Below, piece after piece: positions 1 through 9,192 of a DNA stretch of 64,000 nucleotides; position 1 is the first letter of the stretch, and the number at the start of each line of letters is the position of its first letter. Under the pieces are notes generated by a model, which worked only from the letters and a program-made list of their open reading frames with translations, was not told where the DNA came from and made no database searches. The stretch is taken from NCBI GenBank assembly GCA_947166925.1, contig CAMVGD010000003.1, positions 2,507 to 66,506 on the forward strand, in the 5' to 3' direction. Made by a program: the position numbers and the translations under genes. This DNA is from an uncultured Clostridia bacterium (GTDB lineage: Bacteria; Bacillota; Clostridia; Christensenellales; CAG-138).

Positions 1-2
1 GC

Positions 3-545
3 GTGAAGGACGAGGAGGAGCCGACCGTTTCCGAGGAGGAATTGCACGACATCATCGAAACGCTCGACGAGGAGGACGACATCGACGAGGATACGGCGGA
101 TCTGATGCAGTCCGCACTGGATTTTACGGAAACGCCGGTCGGCGAGGTCTATGTTCCTTTGAAGGACGTGCAGACCGTGTCGCTTGCCATGCACCCGAAA
201 GAGGTCGTAAAGATCATCGAGCAGACGAATCACAGCCGTCTGCCGGTCGTGGACCGCGAGGGGGAGATCTGCGGCGTGGTGCAGATCCGTAAATACTTGA
301 AGGAATACCTCAAGCGCAGCGGGCACGTATCGCTGTCGCGCGTGATGGATAAACCGTATTACGTCACGGTCGGCACGCCGATCGACGAGCAGCTTGCCGG
401 TATGAGCAAGGCGAAAACGCATATCGCGATCGTCCGGGACAACGACAAAAAGGTGCTCGGCATTCTGACCGTCGAGGACATCCTCGAGGAGCTTGTCGGC
501 GAGATCTACGACGAGGACGACGTAGGGGGTGAAGTCAATGAGTAA
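3..545 (+). CDS. CBS-pair protein; C-terminal part of a CNNM/hemolysin-type (DUF21-CBS) protein, 5' end outside the window
   Basis: The frame is open from the window edge. Paralogous to the CBS region of the next gene (DTADLMQSALDF vs DTADLLQSAFDF; ILTVEDILEELVGEI vs ILTMEDVLEQLVGEI). Overlaps the next CDS. Confidence 0.6.
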   Translation: MKDEEEPTVSEEELHDIIETLDEEDDIDEDTADLMQSALDFTETPVGEVYVPLKDVQTVSLAMHPKEVVKIIEQTNHSRLPVVDREGEICGVVQIRKYLKEYLKRSGHVSLSRVMDKPYYVTVGTPIDEQLAGMSKAKTHIAIVRDNDKKVLGILTVEDILEELVGEIYDEDDVGGEVNE

Positions 546-1827
546 CACCCTGCGCTATATTCTGATCGCCCTTTGCATCGTGCTGTCCGCCATGTTCTCC
601 GGCGCGGAGATCGCGTTTATGCAGCTGAATCCGACGAAGCTCCGGCATGAGGCCGAGGAAAAGGGCAGCAGGCTTGCAAAGCTCGCGCTGCGCTTCCGTG
701 AAAAATTCGATTCCGGGCTCATTGCGATTCTGATCGGCAACAATCTTGTGAACATCGGCTCGTCGTCGATCGCGGCGGCGCTGGCGATCGCACTGATGGG
801 CGAGAGCGGCGCGTGGGTCGCAACGGCGATCATGACCGTGCTCATCATCACGTTCGGCGAGATCCTGCCGAAGATCTTTGCGGCGGAGCGCGCCGAAGGC
901 TTTGCGAAGCTCGTCGTGCTGCCGATCACGGGGCTGTGGCTTTTGCTGTTTCCGCTGATCTGGCTTCTGGAACGGTTTCTGAAGCTGATCTCCGGCATCT
1001 GGAAGAACAACGAAAGCGACGACGTCGTCACCGAGGACGATATGGAAACGATCCTCGACACCGTGGAGGACGAGGGCGTGGTCGACGAGGACACCGCGGA
1101 TCTTCTGCAGTCGGCATTTGATTTCGACGAGGTGCTGGCGTATGAGGTCATCACGCCGCGCGTGGACCTTGTGGCGATCGACCTGGACGATCCGCGCGAG
1201 CAGCAGATGAAGGTCGCGTTTGCGTCGCCGTTTACGCGCATTCCGGTCTATCGCGGGACGCCGGACCACATGGTCGGCATTCTGCATCTGAATCATTTGT
1301 ACAAGGCGATGGTCGAGGACCCGGACGTGCCGCTGAAATCGCTTTTAATGCCGGTCACCTATGTGCATAAAACCATGCCGCTGCCGGACGTGCTCGACAC
1401 GATGCGCCGGAAAAAGAGCCACATGGTGGTGGTCACCGACGAATACGGCGGCACGATGGGCATCCTCACGATGGAGGACGTGCTCGAACAACTCGTCGGC
1501 GAGATCTGGGACGAGACGGACAAGATCGAGGAGGAATTCGTGGAGATCGGCGAAAACCGCTACGAGGTCGACGGCGACATGCGCCTTTCCGATTTCCTGG
1601 ACGAATTCGACAAGGAGGAGGAAGACCTCGACGACGACAACGCCACGGTCGGAGGCTGGGCGGTGGAACAGCTCGGCGGCTATCCGAAGCTCTATGACAG
1701 CTTCGTTTATGAGGATCTGACCGTGACGGTCACGAAGAAGGAGCGCATGCGCATCCTGCGGCTGCTGGTCGAGCAGGATCCGGACTGGGTCGACGAGGAC
1801 GAAGAGGAAGATGAAGATGAAGAATGA
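538..1827 (+). CDS. Hemolysin-family / CNNM transporter-associated protein (DUF21 membrane domain + CBS pair + CorC_HlyC-like C-terminus, acidic tail)
   Basis: N-terminal TM helices, two CBS-like blocks and a C-terminal domain of about 80 aa. ATG at 538 lies 8-9 nt after AGGGGG; the track ORF starts at GTG 529. Confidence 0.75.
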   Translation: MSNTLRYILIALCIVLSAMFSGAEIAFMQLNPTKLRHEAEEKGSRLAKLALRFREKFDSGLIAILIGNNLVNIGSSSIAAALAIALMGESGAWVATAIMTVLIITFGEILPKIFAAERAEGFAKLVVLPITGLWLLLFPLIWLLERFLKLISGIWKNNESDDVVTEDDMETILDTVEDEGVVDEDTADLLQSAFDFDEVLAYEVITPRVDLVAIDLDDPREQQMKVAFASPFTRIPVYRGTPDHMVGILHLNHLYKAMVEDPDVPLKSLLMPVTYVHKTMPLPDVLDTMRRKKSHMVVVTDEYGGTMGILTMEDVLEQLVGEIWDETDKIEEEFVEIGENRYEVDGDMRLSDFLDEFDKEEEDLDDDNATVGGWAVEQLGGYPKLYDSFVYEDLTVTVTKKERMRILRLLVEQDPDWVDEDEEEDEDEE

Positions 1828-2212
1828 TGAGTGGGGAGACCTGTATCTTGCAGCGAAAGGAGTGCAGAACGAACGGCAGATCTCGGAATACGTGGCGGCA
1901 GGCGGCGTTGCTGCGGCGATCCAATCGGCTTCCGGTCGGATCTACACCGGCGTTTGCGTCGATACCTGCTGTACGCTCGGTATTTGCGCGGAGAGAAACG
2001 CGATTTTCAACATGCTGACAAACGGTGAACACGAGATCCGAAAGGTACTTGCCATCATGCCGGACGGACACTGCGGCGCGCCGTGCGGCGCCTGCCGGGA
2101 ACTGATGACGCAGCTGATGCCGGAGACGTACAGGACCGTCGAGATCATGATGGACTATTCAAGCGGGCGTGTGGTGACGCTCGGCGAGCTGACGCCGGAG
2201 TGGTGGATATGA
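1811..2212 (+). CDS. Small cytidine/blasticidin-S deaminase family protein
   Basis: Zinc-ligand motifs CAERNA and PCGACRELM in a 133-aa protein. The layout resembles homotetrameric CDA/BSD. Overlaps the upstream gene by 17 nt. Confidence 0.7.
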   Translation: MKMKNDEWGDLYLAAKGVQNERQISEYVAAGGVAAAIQSASGRIYTGVCVDTCCTLGICAERNAIFNMLTNGEHEIRKVLAIMPDGHCGAPCGACRELMTQLMPETYRTVEIMMDYSSGRVVTLGELTPEWWI

Positions 2213-2712
2213 AACGCGTCGCCGTGATCGGCTGTCCGGGCAGCGGAAAGAGCACGTTTGCGCGGAAGCTGCAGGAAAAGACGGGGCTGCCGCTCTATCC
2301 GCTCGACAACATCTGGTGGAGGCCGGACCGCACGCACATCACGCGCGAGGCATTCGACGCCGCGCTTGCTGCGATCCTTTCAAGGGACGAGTGGATCGTC
2401 GACGGCAATTACAGCCGCACGATCGAGCCGCGCATCGCTGCCTGCGAAACGGTGATCTTTCTCGATTACGACGAACAGACCTGCATGGATGGGATCGCGT
2501 CGCGCGTCGGAGAGCAGCGACCGGACATGCCGTGGACAGAACAAACGCTCGATCCGGAGCTTGTTGCGCTCGTAAAGGGCTTTCGGACCGAACAGCGTCC
2601 CGCGATCCTGACGCTTCTGGACCGGTATGCGGACGGCAGGGAGATTCTGATTTTCCGCACCCGCAGCGAGGCGGATCGGTGGCTGAACGACCCGGAGAGC
2701 GAAATACGATGA
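2209..2712 (+). CDS. P-loop NTPase, adenylate-kinase-like / topology-modulation-type AAA ATPase
   Basis: Walker A GCPGSGKST at residues 8-16. The internal ATG at 2209 forms an ATGA overlap with the upstream stop; the 5' part of the track ORF is out-of-gene read-through. Confidence 0.7.
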   Translation: MKRVAVIGCPGSGKSTFARKLQEKTGLPLYPLDNIWWRPDRTHITREAFDAALAAILSRDEWIVDGNYSRTIEPRIAACETVIFLDYDEQTCMDGIASRVGEQRPDMPWTEQTLDPELVALVKGFRTEQRPAILTLLDRYADGREILIFRTRSEADRWLNDPESEIR

Positions 2713-3422
2713 AGGAACGGATTCTTCCCGAACAGTGGCATATTCTCAGCGGAAGCGCTCTGAAAACGATCGCCGTGGTCACAATGCTGATCGATCATCT
2801 CGGCGTGCTTCTGAATCCGGACCGGATCCTGCTGTTTACCGTGTTCGGTCGTCAGGCTTCGCTGTACACCCTGATGCGGCTGATCGGCAGGATGGCGTTC
2901 CCGATCTTTGCATTTCTGATCGTGGAAGGGCACCGGCATACGCGCAGCAGAGTCCGCTACGGGATCATGCTGTTTGTATTTGCACTGCTTTCCGAGATCC
3001 CGTTCGATCTGTTCCTGTTCAACACGTGGTTTCATGCCGGCAGACAAAATGTATTCTTTACGCTGCTTCTCGGGTACCTCGGGATGTGCGCCTATGAAGA
3101 ATTGGAAAACAGACGGCTTCTGCAGGTCGGCGCGATCCTTGCGCTGCTGCTGACCGCATTCTTCCTGCGCGTGGACTACGGCGTTTCCGGATTCTGTTTC
3201 ATCATGCTGATGTATGCGCTGCGCGATCGTGAGCTGCTGCGCGACGTTGCGGGGATCATGATCCTGAGCTCGCGCTGGAAAGCGGGACTGGCGTTCGTTC
3301 CGCTCGCGTTCTATAACGGCAAACGCGGGTTCATCAAAGGACCGGTTCTGAAATACGCCTTTTACCTGTTTTACCCGCTGCACCTGCTTGCTTTGTATGG
3401 TATCCGGGTCCTGTCGCTGTGA
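2709..3422 (+). CDS. TraX family membrane protein (paralog 1)
   Basis: LKTIAVVTMLIDHLG and FPIFAFLIVEG motifs, polytopic. ATGA overlap with the upstream stop. Paralog at 27002. Confidence 0.7.
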   Translation: MKERILPEQWHILSGSALKTIAVVTMLIDHLGVLLNPDRILLFTVFGRQASLYTLMRLIGRMAFPIFAFLIVEGHRHTRSRVRYGIMLFVFALLSEIPFDLFLFNTWFHAGRQNVFFTLLLGYLGMCAYEELENRRLLQVGAILALLLTAFFLRVDYGVSGFCFIMLMYALRDRELLRDVAGIMILSSRWKAGLAFVPLAFYNGKRGFIKGPVLKYAFYLFYPLHLLALYGIRVLSL

Positions 3423-3434
3423 TCGTCTGCATGG

Positions 3435-3461
3435 AAAACGCTCCGTCCGGGGGCGTTTTTT
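3435..3461 (+). terminator. Rho-independent terminator
   Basis: Stem aaaacgc(t)cc / gg(g)gcgtttt, then a T-run. Confidence 0.6.
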
Positions 3462-3475
3462 GACACGATGCGCGA

Positions 3476-3504
3476 TTGACTTTTTCGGAACCCGGGCATA
3501 CAAT
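3476..3504 (+). promoter_or_regulatory. Putative sigma-A promoter
   Basis: TTGACT-17 nt-TACAAT, 30 nt before the ATG at 3535. Confidence 0.6.
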
Positions 3505-3534
3505 GTTGATGCACGCATTTGATCAGGAGGCTGT

Positions 3535-4308
3535 ATGAAACACGACGGCAGACAAAATAAAAGGCGGTTCCTTTGGATCGTGATCCCGGTCGCGGTTTTT
3601 GCGCTGCTGCTTGCGGGAAGCCTGATCTGGCTCGAAAGCTACTATCACGCCGACGACGATGCGATCGCGGCGTTTTCCGCGGACCGGACCGTGGAGGAGC
3701 GTGTGCTTGAAAGCGGCGAACTGGTATTCGGTCCGGACGACGCGAAGATCGGGCTGATCTTCTATCCGGGCGGTAAGGTGGAGCAGGAAGCGTACGTTCC
3801 GCTGATGCGGCAGATCTCCGCAAACGGCGTCCTGTGCGTGCTGTGCAAAATGCCGTTCCGGCTGGCGGTTTTTGACGCCCATGCCGCAGACGGCGTCCGC
3901 GACGCGTTTCCGAAGATCGGGCAATGGTATATCGGCGGGCATTCCCTGGGCGGCGCGGTCGCTTCTATCGAGGTGAAGGCGCATCCCGGCGTCTATACGG
4001 GCATGATCCTGCTTGCTTCGTTCTCAAACGAGGATCTTCGGGACGAACCGATCCGTGTTCTCTCGGTCTACGGCAGCGAGGACCGCGTGCTGAATCGCGA
4101 CAAATACGAACAGGCGAAAAGCCTGCTGCCGGACAACGTGACGGAAACCGTGATCGACGGCGGCTGTCATGCGTATTTCGGCATGTACGGCGCGCAGAAC
4201 GGCGACGGAACGCCCTCGATCACAAATGCGGAGCAGATCCGGATCACGGCAAACGCGATCACGGACTGGCTGAACAACAGCGTTTCATCCGGCGCGAGCG
4301 CCGATTGA
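3535..4308 (+). CDS. Membrane-anchored alpha/beta hydrolase
   Basis: N-terminal TM segment and nucleophile elbow GHSLGG. RBS AGGAGG lies upstream. Confidence 0.7.
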   Translation: MKHDGRQNKRRFLWIVIPVAVFALLLAGSLIWLESYYHADDDAIAAFSADRTVEERVLESGELVFGPDDAKIGLIFYPGGKVEQEAYVPLMRQISANGVLCVLCKMPFRLAVFDAHAADGVRDAFPKIGQWYIGGHSLGGAVASIEVKAHPGVYTGMILLASFSNEDLRDEPIRVLSVYGSEDRVLNRDKYEQAKSLLPDNVTETVIDGGCHAYFGMYGAQNGDGTPSITNAEQIRITANAITDWLNNSVSSGASAD

Positions 4309-4337
4309 AGATTGAAAAACGAAAGTGAGGAGAAAAG

Positions 4338-5264
4338 ATGAGCAGCTTTGAAAACCTGCGTATTGTGGACAATTTTTACCAGACGTCCCTGTTTTTCCCG
4401 ATGCCGACCGTCATCATCAGCACGCTGTGCGAGGACGGCAGCACAACGCTCGGACCGTATTCGCTGGTGCAGCCGTACTATGTGGCGGGCAAGGACTACT
4501 ACGCCATGCTGCTGTGCTGCCGCAATTCGTCGAACACGGCGCAGAACATCCTGCGCGACGGCAGATGCGCGATCAACTTCATCGACGACGATCCGAAATC
4601 GTTCAAGGAAGCGGTAAAGCTTTCCTGGCCGGGGGACAAGCCCTCCGATAAGATGCCGAAATGCAATTTCCGTCTTGAAAAGAGCCTGATCGAGGAGGAG
4701 ACCGGCGAACAGCGCCCGATGGTGCTCTCCGACGCGATCCAGGCGATCGAATGCACCTGGATGCGGAATCTCGACGGCGCGGAAAACGATCAGCCGGGGA
4801 ATCTTTCCGGCTATGAGCCGCCGTATCACGATTTCAACGGCATCACCTCCAAGTTCGGCGCGCACTTCATCCTGCGCATCGACAGGATCCTCATGAAAAA
4901 GAAATACAGCGACGCGATCATCAACGGCGTCAAAGCCAAGGATTTCCCGCCGCTGCCGGTCGACTACGGCTACCGCGATTCCAAGAATTTCTGGTTCCAC
5001 CGCAAACGCAGGATGCGCGCGGAGCTGCTCGCGATCCGCAAGCAATCGCTCGAATCCGTGCGCTACGCCGCCGACCGCGCCGACGACAAGGTGAAGTTCA
5101 CCGACGACGCGCTGGAAACGATCCTGAACGTGCCGCGCGTGTTCTTGCCGCTCGTGCTGAAGGGCTGCGTCGATTGGGCGAAGGAGAACGACGTCACGCT
5201 CGTCACCGCGGAGCATATGAAGATCATCAGCGACAAACGTGCCAAAGAAAAGAACAGGAAGTAA
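4338..5264 (+). CDS. Flavin-reductase-like (FMN-binding split barrel) protein with a C-terminal PCP_red-like extension
   Basis: PMPTVIISTLCEDGSTTLGPYS...AINFI resembles flavin reductase-like domains. The C-terminus TDDALETILNVPRVFLPLVLKGCVDWAKEN resembles the protochlorophyllide-reductase C-terminal domain. Motif-level call only. Confidence 0.45.
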   Translation: MSSFENLRIVDNFYQTSLFFPMPTVIISTLCEDGSTTLGPYSLVQPYYVAGKDYYAMLLCCRNSSNTAQNILRDGRCAINFIDDDPKSFKEAVKLSWPGDKPSDKMPKCNFRLEKSLIEEETGEQRPMVLSDAIQAIECTWMRNLDGAENDQPGNLSGYEPPYHDFNGITSKFGAHFILRIDRILMKKKYSDAIINGVKAKDFPPLPVDYGYRDSKNFWFHRKRRMRAELLAIRKQSLESVRYAADRADDKVKFTDDALETILNVPRVFLPLVLKGCVDWAKENDVTLVTAEHMKIISDKRAKEKNRK

Positions 5265-5268
5265 AGCC

Positions 5269-5949
5269 ATGAGAGAATTCCTGATCAAAATCTGCCCGGT
5301 CGCGATCTGGTGTATCGTTGCGGGCGAAGCGCTGATTGCGGCGCTGCTGTTTCTGCATGCGGCAAAGAAAAGATCCAAGGTCGCGCTGTGGTCGGGCGTT
5401 CTGACGCTCGGGCTGATCCTTGACGCGGCGATCATCGGACTCGGGTTCGTGCTGACGCCCGAAACGCTTGCTGCGGTCAGCCCGGTACGGTTCATTGCGC
5501 ACGGGCTTCTGATCCCGCTGCTGTTCCCGATCTGCGGGTACGCGCTAAACCTGAAAAAGCCGGTCATGATCGGCGTGTGGATCTTTACCGCGCTTCTGAT
5601 GGCGGCGGGCGTCGCGCAGGCGCTGGCAACCAAACTCGTGCCGGAAACGATCGCAAACGTTACGCGCATGAAGGCGGGCGAGGGCACGCCGAAATGGGCG
5701 GAAACGATCAGCATGGCGCTGTCGTTCGGCACGGTCATTCCGATGATGATCGTCGGGATCATCGTGTGGATCAAGGAAAAGACGCCGCACCTGTTCCTGT
5801 CGGGACTGCTGATGTTCGCGTTCTCTGCGCTCGGTCCGGCGACCGGCAACACCGATCTGATCTTCTTCATCAGCATGTTCGGCGAGATCCTGATGGTCCT
5901 GTTCCTGTACCTGTACGCGCGCGTAAAAACCAAGCGGCAGGCCGCGTAA
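5269..5949 (+). CDS. Hypothetical polytopic membrane protein
   Basis: Six or more hydrophobic helices and GC3-rich codon usage. ATG 5269 follows the previous stop with AGGAAG upstream. Confidence 0.5.
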   Translation: MREFLIKICPVAIWCIVAGEALIAALLFLHAAKKRSKVALWSGVLTLGLILDAAIIGLGFVLTPETLAAVSPVRFIAHGLLIPLLFPICGYALNLKKPVMIGVWIFTALLMAAGVAQALATKLVPETIANVTRMKAGEGTPKWAETISMALSFGTVIPMMIVGIIVWIKEKTPHLFLSGLLMFAFSALGPATGNTDLIFFISMFGEILMVLFLYLYARVKTKRQAA

Positions 5950-5987
5950 GCATCGGAAAACTGATCTGAAACAAGGAGCAAATTTCT

Positions 5988-6797
5988 ATGGAAATGACTG
6001 AACCCAATCGACGCATGCCGAAGTGGGCGGCGGATCTGTTGATCTGGTGCTGTCCGACGGTCGCCCTGATATTGGCGTTCGTCTGTATACAGGGATTGAC
6101 ACCGAACCGGAGAACAGTCATTGCCCTTATAATGCTTCTGCTCGTCGGATTGATCGTGTCGCGGCTGATCTTTCTGCTTCGCTCTCAGCGCACTGCCGGC
6201 GCAAAAATCTGGCGAAGCATCGTTTGGACGATCCTGCTGAGCGTCCTGTGCTTTTTCGGCTTCTTCTTTTTCTTTATCCTCGGAGAACACCATCGAAGCA
6301 TAAAGACGAATGCGCAAAGCAAATTTGAAGCGACCGTCGAAACGATTCTCCCCGAAGTGCTTCCTGTCCCTATGGAATTGGGATCGCCCGAATCCGTCGT
6401 GCTTCACAAGCATGTGATTCGGTTTATTGTTTTTCAAACATATTCCTATACGCTGCTGTGCCGATATGATCCCGCAGGCTATGAGGCGGAGAAAGCGGCG
6501 CTTGATGCCCGATACGACTTCCGCACAGAACCTTTGGATACGGGACGCGGGAACGGATCGGAGAACGTGCTCATTGAGCCCCGTGTCAGCATCGGAAATG
6601 ACGAATTCCGGTTTCTTTATCCCAAGGATGGAGACAGTCAATACACAGAATTTTACAAGGAATCATTCTTGATTGTAACCAACGATGAAACGCGGGAGAT
6701 CGGGTATATTCTCTTTATTGACCTTGACTTGGATTATATGGAAGATCTGACGGAATTTGTGACAGATTACTGCGGCTGGAACTATATCAGGGAATAA
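5988..6797 (+). CDS. Hypothetical membrane protein (3-4 N-terminal TM helices + soluble C-terminal domain)
   Basis: RBS AAGGAG lies 9 nt upstream. A terminator hairpin follows. Confidence 0.5.
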   Translation: MEMTEPNRRMPKWAADLLIWCCPTVALILAFVCIQGLTPNRRTVIALIMLLLVGLIVSRLIFLLRSQRTAGAKIWRSIVWTILLSVLCFFGFFFFFILGEHHRSIKTNAQSKFEATVETILPEVLPVPMELGSPESVVLHKHVIRFIVFQTYSYTLLCRYDPAGYEAEKAALDARYDFRTEPLDTGRGNGSENVLIEPRVSIGNDEFRFLYPKDGDSQYTEFYKESFLIVTNDETREIGYILFIDLDLDYMEDLTEFVTDYCGWNYIRE

Positions 6798-6803
6798 CAA
6801 AGG

Positions 6804-6840
6804 ATCGGGGAAAGAGCGTGTCTTTCCCCGATATTCATTT
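6804..6840 (+). terminator. Rho-independent terminator
   Basis: 11-bp stem atcggggaaag / ctttccccgat with a 7-nt loop and an AT-rich tail. Confidence 0.65.
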
Positions 6841-6898
6841 ATCATAGCCGAGAAACATAAAGGATCGCTTCTTGATCGGCAGCGCCGGGAGAGCGCTT

Positions 6899-7252
6899 TT
6901 ATTTCGTTTTGGGGCGGAAGATCAGCGCGGCAAGCCAGCCGAACAGCACTGCGGCGGAGATGCCGGCGGCGGTTGCCGTGAGCCCGCCGGAGAGCGCGCC
7001 TAAGATCCCGTGCTCCTTTGCGCCTTCGATCGCGCCCTTTGCAAGCGCATTGCCGAAGCCCAAAAGCGGCACGCTCGCGCCCGCGCCGGCAAAGTCGACA
7101 AGCGGCTGATACAGTCCGAGCCCGCCGAGCACCACGCCCGCGACCACAAACAGCACGAGGATCCGCGCGGAGGTGAGTCGCGTAAAGGAAAGAAGAAGCT
7201 GACCGACCGTGCAGATCGCGCCGCCGATCAGAAATGCCCAAAGATACTGCAT
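6899..7252 (-). CDS. spoVAE: Stage V sporulation protein AE (SpoVAEB-type)
   Basis: 117-aa membrane protein with GFGNALAKGAIEGAKEHGILGA. It is the C-terminal segment of track ORF 6899..8113, and its start overlaps the spoVAD stop by 1 nt. Confidence 0.85.
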   Translation of the reverse strand: MQYLWAFLIGGAICTVGQLLLSFTRLTSARILVLFVVAGVVLGGLGLYQPLVDFAGAGASVPLLGFGNALAKGAIEGAKEHGILGALSGGLTATAAGISAAVLFGWLAALIFRPKTK

Positions 7253-8280
7253 CAGTCCCTCCGTTCCAGCACGACCGCGTGCGCAATGCCCGGTATGCTT
7301 TCGCCCTGCATGCCGCTTGTCGGGCTCATCAGCGCGCCGGTTGCCAAAAACAGCATGCGGTTCACGTCGCCGCGTTCGATGCGCTCCAACAGCTCCGCGG
7401 CAAGCACGACCGCCGAGCAGCCCGCGCCGCTGCCGCCGCACGAAAAGCCCTGCTCCTTGAGATAGATGCTTGCGCCGCAGTCGAGGTATCGTCCCGTTAG
7501 ACCGAGGTCGTACTTCTTTGCCAGATCCAGAAGCATTTCGCTGCCGAACGTGCCGAGGTCGCCCGACACGATGAGATCGTAATCCTCGGCGCGGCTGCCC
7601 ATGTCGTCGAAATGCGCCATGATCGTATCGCAGCAGGCGGGTGCCATCGCCGCGCCCATGTTGTTCATGTCCGTGATGCCGAGATCGACCACGCGTCCGA
7701 TCGTGGCGGCGGTCAGCGCGATGTGCGAAAAAACCGGAAGCGGCACGTCCTGCGCGGACAGCAGCAGCGCGCCCGCGCCGGTCACCGTGCGCTGCGCGGT
7801 CGGCGGGGCGGTCGTACCCATTTCGAGCGGAAAGCGGTACTGCCGTTCGGCGGTGGAGAAATGACTGCTGGCGCAGCACAGAACGGGCGAGCAGTAGCCG
7901 CCGTCGCTCAGAACGCCGCCCAAAAGCAGCGATTCCGCCATCGTCGAGCAGGCGCCGTACAGCCCCAGAAAGGGGATCCCGAGATCGCGCGCGGCGTAGT
8001 TCGCCGTGATCAGCTGATTCAGAAGATCGCCCGCCAGCATCGCATGGATCTCGCCGGGCTCCAGACCCGCCTTCTGACATGCAAGCAGCGCTGCCGTGCG
8101 GAACATCTTGCATTCCGCCTTCTCAAAGCTCTCCTCGCCGAATTTGTCGTCCTCCAGAACGGTATCGAACATGCCCGTAAACGCGCCTTCGCCTTCGTTT
8201 TTGGCAACGATTGCCGCCGCGCTTCTGACCCGCGGTTCGCTTCGGAACAGAAGCGTCCGCTCACCGATTCGTTTTCTCAT
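7252..8280 (-). CDS. spoVAD: Stage V sporulation protein AD
   Basis: Thiolase-like SpoVAD blocks: LAGDLLNQ, GACST, TAERQYRFP, GITDMNNMGAAMAPA, GGSGAGCSAVV, GESIPGIAHAVV. Confidence 0.9.
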   Translation of the reverse strand: MRKRIGERTLLFRSEPRVRSAAAIVAKNEGEGAFTGMFDTVLEDDKFGEESFEKAECKMFRTAALLACQKAGLEPGEIHAMLAGDLLNQLITANYAARDLGIPFLGLYGACSTMAESLLLGGVLSDGGYCSPVLCCASSHFSTAERQYRFPLEMGTTAPPTAQRTVTGAGALLLSAQDVPLPVFSHIALTAATIGRVVDLGITDMNNMGAAMAPACCDTIMAHFDDMGSRAEDYDLIVSGDLGTFGSEMLLDLAKKYDLGLTGRYLDCGASIYLKEQGFSCGGSGAGCSAVVLAAELLERIERGDVNRMLFLATGALMSPTSGMQGESIPGIAHAVVLERRD

Positions 8281-8375
8281 AGATGCCTCCTTTTCCGTCA
8301 ATATGTCCAAAACAGCGGTTTTTATGCGGTAAACAAAAAGAGCTTCCCGTGCGGGAAGCTCTTTCGGATCCTGAT

Positions 8376-8696
8376 TTATTTCTCTTTCTTTTTCAAAAGC
8401 TTTGCTTTGATGACATCCTTCGGGTCCCAAATGAGAAGGATCACGATCCAGATGATCAGCGCCAGCGCAACGACCGAAAGCCCGAGAAACAGGTCATTCG
8501 CCATGTCCTTGAGCGCAGGTGTGAAGTATTCCGCGCCGATCTCCGCATACTCGAAGATCGCATCGATGAGCCACATCAGCGAAGCGCCCCAGAACATCCA
8601 GGACAGGATGCCGAGCTTCATGCTGCTGTCCGGCTGCTTTTTATACCAGATCGCGGTCGTGATCGCCGCGGCAAATACGGTAACGAGCAGAGTCAT
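8376..8696 (-). CDS. Small membrane protein, unknown function
   Basis: Three TM helices and a lysine-rich tail. RBS AAGGA upstream. Confidence 0.5.
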   Translation of the reverse strand: MTLLVTVFAAAITTAIWYKKQPDSSMKLGILSWMFWGASLMWLIDAIFEYAEIGAEYFTPALKDMANDLFLGLSVVALALIIWIVILLIWDPKDVIKAKLLKKKEK

Positions 8697-8708
8697 ATTC
8701 GGATATCC

Positions 8709-9113
8709 TTATCGAACGGTGGGAAGGGCTTTCAGCGCGCGCTTCTCAAGCGACTTCGCAACGAGCAGCATACCGATCCACACGACCGTGACGATCGCCG
8801 CCATACAGACGCCCGCCGTCCCCATCTCGTGCAGCATTTCCGCGGCGTCTGCGGGATCGCCTGCTGCCGTCAGGAACGGGAAATACGGGACAACTTCGCC
8901 GTGCCATACGTGCTCGAACGCCAGAAGCGCGGAGCCGCCCCACAGAAGCTTGTTCAGCCAGCCAAGCTTTTTTGAAAACGGCGTTTTCTCATATTCAAAA
9001 CCGTCGGCGCTCGTAACTGCATGGACGCCCGCTTTCTTTTCCTTCTTTTTGATCACCTTCTGCGCGATCGTGGCGACGATCGCTTCCGTCATCGGAACCA
9101 AAAAGCATGCCAT
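8709..9113 (-). CDS. Membrane protein, unknown function
   Basis: ATG 9113 lies 8 nt after AGGGGG; the track ORF starts at GTG 9140. Two or three TM helices. Confidence 0.5.
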   Translation of the reverse strand: MACFLVPMTEAIVATIAQKVIKKKEKKAGVHAVTSADGFEYEKTPFSKKLGWLNKLLWGGSALLAFEHVWHGEVVPYFPFLTAAGDPADAAEMLHEMGTAGVCMAAIVTVVWIGMLLVAKSLEKRALKALPTVR

Positions 9114-9192
9114 AAAAAATACCCCCTGTATATGATTCACAGAGAGTATAGCAGAAAACGGTTTGCAGCGGAAGCCCCGCGGGGGGATGCGA

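Noticed and set aside
4167-6641. 824-aa minus-strand ORF spanning several plus-strand genes
   Set aside because: The translation is Arg/Ala/Gly-rich and low-complexity. It runs antisense to three plus-strand genes that have RBSs and recognisable motifs or membrane helices. This is a typical high-GC shadow ORF.
6899-8113. 404-aa track ORF suggesting one long gene
   Set aside because: Only the last 117 aa (spoVAE) are real. The upstream part is an out-of-frame read-through across spoVAD, which is encoded in another frame (7252-8280).
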